Assembly: GCA_054660715.1 (NCBI GenBank)
Contig: BAAGDD010003710.1
Coordinates: 87,001-119,000 of the forward strand
Reading direction: 5' to 3'
DNA: 32,000 nucleotides
From: Chrysotila carterae
Taxonomy: Eukaryota
The first letter of the stretch is position 1; each line of letters begins with the position of its first letter. A model generated the notes under the pieces. That model was not told the origin of the DNA, did not search any database, and was given only the letters and a program-made list of their open reading frames with translations. The translations under genes and the position numbers were made by a program. Of this stretch, positions 1-8,428 are shown piece after piece.

Positions 1-3000
1 CAATGCGCACATGAGCTGTTGTCGCCGCCTGCGCGTGCTGCTGCGCGCGCCACGCCCGCCGCGTGCGCGCGATGCGAGCGTGCGCAGCCGCGTCATGCTA
101 TGCGCGTCACTGCACGCGCCACGCCCGGACGCGTGCGCGCAGCGCGCGCGCGCGGTGCCGTCGTCATCTGCGCGCGCCACTGCGCGTGCGCTGCCCGTTG
201 CGTGCGCGCAATGCGCCCGCGAGCTGCCGTCGCCGCCTGCGCGTGCTGCTGCACGCGTCACGTCCGCTGCGTGCGCTCAGTGCGCATGCGCGCTACCGTA
301 GTTCCCTGCGAGCGCCACTGCACGCGTCACGCCCATTGCGTGTGCGCGACACGCACGCGCTCACAGCGTGCTGCGCGCGCGGCTGCACGCGCCGCCCTCG
401 CTGTGTGTGCGCAACGCGCACGCGCGCCGTCGTCGTTGCCTGCGCGCGCCACTGCATGCGCCACGCCCATTGCGTGTGCGCGTCCCGCACGCGCTCACAG
501 CGTGCTGCGCGCGCGGCTGCACGCGCCACCCACGCTGCGTGTGCGCAACGCGCACGCGCGCCGTCGTCGTTGCCTGCGCGCGCCACTGCTTGCGCAACGC
601 CCGCCGCGTGCGCGCAGCGCGCACGCGCGCTGCCGTCGTCACCCGCGCGCGCCACTGCGTGCACCACGCCCATTGCGTGTGCGCGACGCGCACGCGCTCA
701 CGGCGTGCTGCGCGCGCGGCTGCACGCGCCACCCACGCTGCGTGTGCGCAACGCGCACGCGCGCCGTCGTCGTTGCCTGCGCGCGCCACTGCTTGCGCAA
801 CGCCCGCCGCGTGCGCGCAACGCGCACGCGCGCTGCCGTCGTCACCTGCGCGCGCCAATGCGTGCGCCACGCCCGTTGCGTGTGCGCGACGCGCACGCGC
901 TCACGGCGTGCTGCGCGCGCGGCTGCACGCGCCGCCCTCGCTGCGTGTGCGCGGCGCGCACGCGCGCCGTCGTCGTCACCTGCGCGCGCCACTGCGTGCA
1001 CCACGCCAATTGCGTGTGCGCGACCCGCGCGGGCGCTCGCGGCGTGCTGCGCGCGCGGCTGCACGCGCCACCCACGCTGGGTGTGCGCAACGCGCACGCG
1101 CGCCGTCGTCGTTGCCTGCGCGCGCCACTGCTTGCGCAACGCCCGCCGCGTGCGCGCAGCGCGCACGCGCGCTGCCGTCGTCACCCGCGCGCGCCACTGC
1201 GTGCACCACGCCCATTGCGTGTGCGCGACCCGCGCGGGCGCTCACGGCGTGCTGCGCGCGCGGCTGCATGCGCCACCCACGCTGCGTGTGCGCAACGCGC
1301 ACGCGCGCCGTCGTCGTTGCCAGCGCGCGCCACTGCGTGCACCACGCCCATTGCGTGTGCGCGACCAGCGCGGGCGCTCGCGGAGTGCTGCGCGCGCGGC
1401 TGCACGCGCCACCCACGCTGCGTGTGCGCAACGCGCACGCGCGCCGTCGTCGTTGCCAGCGCGCGCCACTGCGTGCACCACGCCCATTGCGTGTGCGCGA
1501 CCCGCGCGGGCGCTCACGGCGTGCTGCGCGCGCGGCTGCACGCGCCACCCACGCTGCGTGTGCGCAGCGCGCACGCGCGCCGTCGTCGTTGCCTGCGCGC
1601 GCCACAGCGCACGCAACGCCCGCCGCGTGCGCGCAGCGCGCACGCGCGCTGCCGTCGCCACCTGCGCGCGCCCCTGCATGCGCCACGCCCGTTGCGTGTG
1701 CGCGACGCGCACGCGCTCACGGCGTGCTGCGCGCGCGGCTGCACGCGCCACCCTCGCTGCGTGTGCGCGCCGCGCACGCGCGCCGTCGTCGTTGCCTGCG
1801 CGCGCCACAGCGCACGCAACGCCCGCCGCGTGCGCGCAGCGCGCACGCGCGCTGCCGTCGTCACCCGCGCGCGCCACTGCGTGCACTGCGCCCATTGCGT
1901 GTGCGCGACCCGCGCGGGCGCTCACGGCGTGCTGCGCGCGCGGCTGCACGCGCCACCCACGCTGCGTGTGCGCAACGCGCACGCGCGCCGTCGTCGTTGC
2001 CTGCGCGCGCCACTGCTTGCGCAACGCCCGCCGCGTGCGCGCAGCGCGCACGCGCGCTGCCGTCGTCACCTGCGCGCGCCACTGCACGCGTCACGCCCCT
2101 TGCGTGTGCGCGTCCCGCACGCGCTCACGGCGTTCTGCGCGCGCGGCTGCACGCGCCACCCTCGCTGCGTGTGCGCGACGCGCACGCGCGCCGTCGTCGT
2201 TGCCTGCGCGCGCCACAGCGCACGCAACGCCCGCCGCGTGCGCGCAGCGCGCACGCGCGCTGCCGTCGTCACCCGCGCGCGCCACTGCGTGCACCGCGCC
2301 CATTGCGTGTGCGCGACCCGCGCGGGCGCTCACGGCGTGCTGCGCGCGCGGCGGCACGCGCCACCCACGCTGCGTGTGCGCAACGCGCACGCGCGCCGTC
2401 GTCGTTGCCTGCGCGCGCCACTGCTTGCGCAACGCCCGCCGCGTGCGCGCAGCGCGCACGCGCGCTGCCGTCGTCACCCGCGCGCGCCACTGCGTGCACC
2501 ACGCCCATTGCGTGTGCGCGACCCGCGCGGGCGCTCACGGCGTGCTGCGCGCGCGGTTGCACGCGCCACCCACGCTGCGTGTGCGCAACGCGCACGCGCG
2601 CCGTCGTCGTTGCCTGCGCGCGCCGCTGCTTGCGCAACGCCCGCCGCGTGCGCGCAGCGCGCACGCGCGCTGCCGTCGTCACCCGCGCGCGCCACTGCGT
2701 GCACCACGCCCATTGCGTGTGCGCGACCCGCGCGGGCGCTCACGGCGTGCTGCGCGCGCGGCTGCACGCGCCGCCCTCGCTGCGTGTGCGCGACGCGCAC
2801 GCGCGCCGTCGTCGTTGCCTGCGCGCGCCACTGCTTGCGCAACGCCCGCCGCGTGCGCGCAGCGCGCACGCGCGCTGCCGTCGTCACCCGCGCGCGCCAC
2901 TGCGTGCACTACGCCGATTGCGTGTGCGCGACCCGCGCGGGCGCTCACGGCGTGCTGCGCGCGCGGCTGCACGCGCCACCCACGCTGCGTGTGCGCAACG

Positions 3001-3560
3001 CGCACGCGCGCCGTCGTCGTTGCCTGCGCGCGCCACAGCGCACGCAGCGCCCGCCGCGTGCGCGCAGCGCGCCCGCGCGCTGCCGTCGTCACCTGCGCGC
3101 GCCACTGCACGCGTCACGCCCCTTGCGTGTGCGCGTCCCGCACGCGCTCACGGCGTTCTGCGCGCGCGGCTGCACGCGCCGCCCTCGCTGCGTGTGCGCG
3201 ACGCGCACGCGCGCCGTCGTCGTTGCCTGCGCGCGCCACTGCTTGCGCAACGCCCGCCGCGTGCGCGCAGCGCGCACGCGCGCTGCCGTCGTCACCTGCG
3301 CGCGCCACTGCATGCGCCACGCCCGTTGCGTGTGCGCGACGCGCACGCGCTCACGGCGTGCTGCGCGCGCGGCTGCACGCGCCGCCCTCGCTGCGTGTGC
3401 GCGACGCGCACGCGCGCCGTCGTCGTTGCCTGCGCGCGCCACTGCGCGCGCAACGCCCGCCGCGTGCGCGCAGCGCGCACGCGCGCTGCCGTCGTCACCT
3501 GCGCGCGCCACTGCACGCGCCAAGCCCGTTGCGAGCGCGCGACAGCGCGCTCAGATCCTC
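1..3560. repeat. GC-rich satellite/minisatellite array, about 67-69-nt subunits in about 203-206-nt higher-order repeats with occasional 136-137-nt short units
   Basis: The ctcacggcgtgctgcgcgcgcgg landmark (or close variant) recurs near 701, 904, 1040, 1244, 1381, 1517, 1720, 1924, 2128, 2333, 2538, 2743, 2948, 3151, 3354. Confidence 0.9.
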
Positions 3561-5028
3561 CGCCCAGCACGCGCACGCACGTATGCGCGCCGTCGCGCGT
3601 GCCACGCCTGCGTGCGCACTGCCGCGCACGCCCGCCATCCGGCGAGCGAGCGCACGCACCGTCACATACGTCGCGCCTGCGTGCGCGCGGACGCGCACGG
3701 CCGCCGTCCGCAGAGCGGGCGCGCGCACCCTCGCGCGCGCTGCGCCCGCGAGCGCGCTGTCGCGCACTCACGCCGTGTGAACAGCAAGCGCGCGCGTTAT
3801 CCCAAGCACCGCGCCTGCCTGCGTACAAACGCGCACGCGCACGTGAGCGTGCGCATCATCGCGCGCCGCGCCTGCGTGCGTGCGGCCGCGCCCGCACGCC
3901 TTTCGACGAGCCTGCGCGCGCACCCCGACGCGCACCGCGCCTCCCCGTGGGCGCCTGCGCGCGCATGCCATCCGCCGGGCCAATTCAAACATGTCCTTGT
4001 CCTCGTCGAGTCGGCAGCGCCGGCTGCCACCACGGCTGCTTCTACGCTCGGCCGGTCAGTCGCCTGCCTGGCTGCCTTGCCGCCCGCTGTCGCCCGGGCC
4101 GCTCGCCCGCGAGCGGCTTGTCGTCGCAGGCGGGAGCGTTTGCCGTCTACTCCGCGCGCGCTGCGCAGGAGCGCGCGCGCCTTGCGCCCTTCGGCCGTCG
4201 GCCAGCATCCCTGCCATTAACGCTCAGCTCCATTGGCGCTACTGCCGGGGTGATGTCAGAGACGTCCCCCCCCTCGCTGCATCCTCTCGTCCGCCGCTCC
4301 CTCGACCGTCCCGTCATTGTGAGCCCGTCGCGTTGCGTCCGCCTGCGGGCGCGGCGTCGCTACTGCCCAGCCTGGCCAGGCTAGCGCTTGAGCAACGCTT
4401 CCAGCCCACCAGGTCCAGCGACTTGGGTCGCCGGCCCGGGGGCTGGAGTGACAAGATTCTACGCGTGTATCGTTGAGAAGGATCCTGCGCGTCCACACCG
4501 TGCGCGATGTCGCCCCAGCCGCCCCAGCCACCGCGCCCACTGTCTCGATCTGGCGCGCCGCGGCTGGCGACGACATCGCGTGCGGAGCGCACAGGGCATG
4601 CGCCGTTGGCGCGAAACTGAACTGGTCTCCTACGTCATGACCCTATATCTAGATAGTATCCGGTATGAAGGAGTATTTGATATATGCTTCTGGTGCTCCT
4701 CTCTGGATGCATGCTCTCCGATATGGCTCTGGTAAATATTAAATCATCAATTTAATATGTTTGTATGAGCCATAATCGAAAAAGGGGTCATGGCCTATCG
4801 TCCGACCCTCCTGCTCAGTTATATAGACACTGAGTGGGGAGGGTGAAATGTGAGAGGGGTGCCGGTTGGCCGTATGTTGCTCCCCGGCATGATCACCTAC
4901 GCGAGCAGAGCTCACTTCCCGTAGAATAACTATCTACCCAGTAATATTATAAAATGATATCCTTGCTGTAGTAGTAGTTATTTCTACCCCTCGGGATACC
5001 CCTCTGCATGCCGTGCTCTTGTCCATAC

Positions 5029-6579
5029 TTATCGGCTATTTGCAAGGGGGTAAAGGGTGATCGGGCTATGGCGGCCAGGCCGTTGCTCCTTCACAAGATC
5101 ACCCTCGTGAACTACGTTCACTCCCCTGACGAGGAAGCGCAGGACGACTACCGATTCCGCTTGGAAGGCTCTCCCAAGTGCGTCAACTTGGTCAGATGCC
5201 AGAGCAAAATTCAGGCCTTGGAGTGAGGCTTCGAGGGCGAGAAAGGGTGGCGCTCGCAGGGCCGCCGCAATGTAGGCCGTTTGCATGCGCCCCCTTTCTG
5301 GCAGGTAGTTGCTCTCTTGGTCCCCAACCGTGCCGGTACGTTCAGTGGCGTTCTTGAGGGTCTTCTGTTCTGCGATGACGGCGTCGATGATGCTGACGGC
5401 GGGATGCCCTGCGGCCAGACTCTGCTGGACGAGAGCGTCCCGTTCCTGGAGCTCCCGTTCTAACGTCGGAAGGGTGATGGAAAGCCGCAGCCGGTAGTGT
5501 TCAGGCGGCAAGAGGGCGGTGAGCAGCCTGCCAAGTTGGGCGGTGATAGAAGCGAGAGCACGCAAGGGGGCGAGCACGGCGCTGAGGTGAGGAAAGTGTG
5601 GTAGCGCTACATTCAGCCGCTCTTTTTCTAGTTGCAAGGCCGCGGCATCCGATGCGGCACATGCGTAAGAGCAGCGTAAGCTGAGTTCCCCTATGAGCTC
5701 TTCTCGGTCGAAGGTGTTTGAGCGAAAGATGTCAGGGACGCTTAAGAGAGTTGGGAGGAACAAGGGGAGGCTGCGAGATAGGAAGGCGTCCGAGGCAGAG
5801 GCCGCTGCGAACTTGGCGGCGATGCTGAGTTTCAACTGTTCTGCGACGAAAAGCAGATCCGCTGCGGAGGTCTGGGCGTTTGTGGAATCGTGCACGTCTC
5901 CCAGCGCTTTGCAGAGCTCCGCCAATGGTTCTAAGGGGAGTTGCGCAGAGGTGGAGACGCAGGCGCCGATAGAGACGTTCTGAAGAAACGTGGTGGGGAG
6001 CGTAGGCGTTGGCGACGTCTGGGTGGCTCCTGCTGGCAGTTCAGCTCCGCGGCTCCTGCCGCGGCCTCGAGATGCATCTGCAGATGTTGCGTTGCTTTGC
6101 GTAGAAGGCACGGTTTGGAGGTCAGCGTTTGTGATGCTTAAGTCTTGCGAGTCGTCCGCATGAACGGCAGCGGCCCGCGCTCGGGCTAGGCACGTGGGGA
6201 GCTGTGTGTCGCTGATGACCGACGAAAATGCTCCGTGGCGGTAGAGGCAGGAAGCGATGCGGCTGGCAGCGGCATCTGTGAGATGGAGTGATGTGACGTT
6301 TCGGGCTGCCAGGGCCGTTCGGGTGGCTCCATCTGTGGCCCAAGAGCATGCTGGCAGGAGGACGGCAGTGAGGGCCCATTCTGCGAGCGCGTGGCCTGAA
6401 GAGGTGGCGGCCTCCCAGGGCAGGAATGGGAGGGCGACCACAAATGGTGACGATGGGTGAAATAAACGAGAAAGCCGAAAGCCGTGGCTCACTGGCCCAC
6501 TTGTTATTGAGATGTCAAGTGAAGGTGCGGGTGTGATGTGAGAGACGGGTAAAGGCGGTAGCTGCCTGGGAGCCATCAA
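5029..6579 (-). CDS. Hypothetical protein (516-aa ORF, no recognised family)
   Basis: Longest ORF in the lower-GC intergenic region; non-repetitive, mixed-composition protein. No motif I recognise; could be a real exon or chance. Confidence 0.3.
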   Translation of the reverse strand: MMAPRQLPPLPVSHITPAPSLDISITSGPVSHGFRLSRLFHPSSPFVVALPFLPWEAATSSGHALAEWALTAVLLPACSWATDGATRTALAARNVTSLHLTDAAASRIASCLYRHGAFSSVISDTQLPTCLARARAAAVHADDSQDLSITNADLQTVPSTQSNATSADASRGRGRSRGAELPAGATQTSPTPTLPTTFLQNVSIGACVSTSAQLPLEPLAELCKALGDVHDSTNAQTSAADLLFVAEQLKLSIAAKFAAASASDAFLSRSLPLFLPTLLSVPDIFRSNTFDREELIGELSLRCSYACAASDAAALQLEKERLNVALPHFPHLSAVLAPLRALASITAQLGRLLTALLPPEHYRLRLSITLPTLERELQERDALVQQSLAAGHPAVSIIDAVIAEQKTLKNATERTGTVGDQESNYLPERGRMQTAYIAAALRAPPFLALEASLQGLNFALASDQVDALGRAFQAESVVVLRFLVRGVNVVHEGDLVKEQRPGRHSPITLYPLANSR

Positions 6580-7172
6580 CCTTGATCACACTAAGTGGAC
6601 CGCTGGTAATGGTAGAGCTTGGGCGCTCCGCCAAAGAGGCCGGGCTGGTTGAATGTCCCTTCCACAAAACAGGAAAGCGGGGAAGCGGGGACAGCGGGAG
6701 AGAACAGTCAACCGGAAGAGGTCTGCCGAAGAGCCTCTCGGGTCCGTGGTCCTAGAGAGGTGGCTGCCGTAAGGTCCACAGAGTGCTACAAGCCTAGCTA
6801 CGCAGCGTGACCGCGTCGCACGCGGGTGCGTGGTCGTGCACGCTCGTGGGCGTGGGCGTGCGCAGTTGCTTGATTGTGCCGATCCGGCCGGCTGGGGGCC
6901 GCGCCCTCGAGTCCTACGTTCTCGCTGCAGGAGCACGCTGCTCGTCGCATCTCCTGAGCTACTGATTGTTCCTTCCGGCTGGATTAATTAACGGCGCCCG
7001 CTGGTACCTTCGGTATCCCGCGCGCTTCATGTTATTTATCCACTTCTGCTCTCCCCCGTTTTCCCTCCCGACCCGGGGTCGCTCTGTGCTTTCAAATGAC
7101 CCTGGGAGCTCCCGACCCCAGGTCTCCTCGCGAGAGGAGAGACACCCCAATCTAGCCATGCTAGAACAAAGC

Positions 7173-7283
7173 ATCTTTGGGAGCGTTCGCTCACCCCTCC
7201 AAGACCACCCTGGATTTAGCTTAACTTTCGCAGTTATATCTCAGCGACACACAGCAGATCGCCCTTCGGGCGATCATCGCTGA
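7173..7283. repeat. 111-nt direct repeat, copy 1
   Basis: atctttgggagcgttcgctcacccctccaagaccaccctggatttagcttaacttt[c]gcagttatatctcagcgacacacagcagatcgcccttcgggcgatcatcgctga; one observed mismatch to copy 2. Confidence 0.93.
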
Positions 7284-7653
7284 AGATCGCCCTTCGGGCG
7301 ATCATCGCTGATGATTGCTGCTTCTCCGCCCGAGTCAATCTGCACCGAGATCTCGATCTCGCCACCTGGCGCCCTGCTGCTTTAGCTAGCACTCAGACGT
7401 TAGGGTATTATGTTCCCCTAGCGACTGCATGCTGTTCGTGTATAGCGGGCTGTGAGTTTATCCGCACGCTCGGATACAAGCGCACAGACGAAACCGTCGG
7501 AGTACTCCTATTGCAATTACCGCCTCGTCCTAAGATTTACCTATATTACCTACTCTTACAGGTAGTCAACCCCCCCTCTCCTAGATTCCAAGGGTAAGTA
7601 CCCCCCGAACCCCAGAGAGTTGGTTTTACCTTTAGAGTAGGTAGATAAGGGTT

Positions 7654-7764
7654 ATCTTTGGGAGCGTTCGCTCACCCCTCCAAGACCACCCTGGATTTAG
7701 CTTAACTTTTGCAGTTATATCTCAGCGACACACAGCAGATCGCCCTTCGGGCGATCATCGCTGA
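7654..7764. repeat. 111-nt direct repeat, copy 2 (481 nt downstream)
   Basis: Same sequence as 7173-7283 except c to t in the tttcgcag/ttttgcag stretch. Confidence 0.93.
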
Positions 7765-7826
7765 ATTTTGTTTGCGTGACAGTTTTAAAAAGGCTCCCGA
7801 AACTTTTGGCGCCCCTGCCTTTGCTT

Positions 7827-7986
7827 CTTGTTTTCCCTGAGACTCCCTTGGCTTCGGCTAAAAACAGTTCGGAATTGCATTCTCTTTGCAAGACATGCTA
7901 GCACCTCCACCTTGCTTGTTTTTTCTAAGACTCCCTTGGCTTTGTCTGAAAACAGTTCGAAACTGCCTTTCGTTGCGAGACTTGCC
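7827..7986. repeat. Degenerate tandem duplication, period about 88 nt
   Basis: cttgttttccctgagactcccttggcttcggctaaaaacagttcgg...gcaagacatgct versus cttgttttttctaagactcccttggctttgtctgaaaacagttcga...gcgagacttgcc. Confidence 0.75.
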
Positions 7987-8428
7987 ATGGAACTTCTGGC
8001 TGGTGACGCACAAGTATCAAGACACATGAGTATTTACAGTTGCAAGAGCTATCTAGAAGGTTGATGCACTTGACCCAACTGTACTTGGCAGAAAGCTGTG
8101 ACTCATACAACTGCCAACATGTATTGAAGTGTTACTCCATGCACAGTGGCAATGTGCAAAGACAAGCAGTCCTGAATGATATCAAGGTAATGTTGCATTG
8201 CAAGAGCAAACACCAAGCCGCACAATGAAAAGCTGCATGCATGGCGGTTGTTGCTTGTGATGCGTGACCTGACCAATTTGTACGGTTTGCCTAGTCTGTT
8301 TGTTCACAACTGCAGCTTGGTCGTAGTGCCATGCAGCCCCCGAGCGTACGTGCCTACACAAATGAGCTTATACTAGCGATCTAAGGTTTCTCCGATGTCA
8401 TCACGATGTTCGGGGGAAGTTATGTCAC

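Noticed and set aside
19-4384. Very long plus-strand ORFs (1253, 1385 and 1338 aa) and many overlapping minus-strand ORFs over the satellite
   Set aside because: Three overlapping frames are open at once because the repeat lacks stop triplets. The 203-206-nt unit is usually not a multiple of 3, so the frame rotates between units and no conserved periodic peptide is maintained. Composition is Arg/Ala/Cys-rich low complexity.
7256-7275. Hairpin gatcgcccttcgggcgatc considered as a bacterial rho-independent terminator
   Set aside because: No following T-tract, repeated inside a larger direct repeat, and the surrounding gene is spliced.
7256-7311. Short hairpin repeats considered as a CRISPR array
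   Set aside because: Only a few hairpin-bearing copies with essentially no unique spacer series, in a eukaryote-like locus with no cas genes.
4600-8400. tRNA, rRNA or other RNA genes in the low-GC interval
   Set aside because: I could not identify a cloverleaf with conserved arms or any rRNA core sequence by eye; tRNAscan-SE and Rfam searches would be needed to exclude them.
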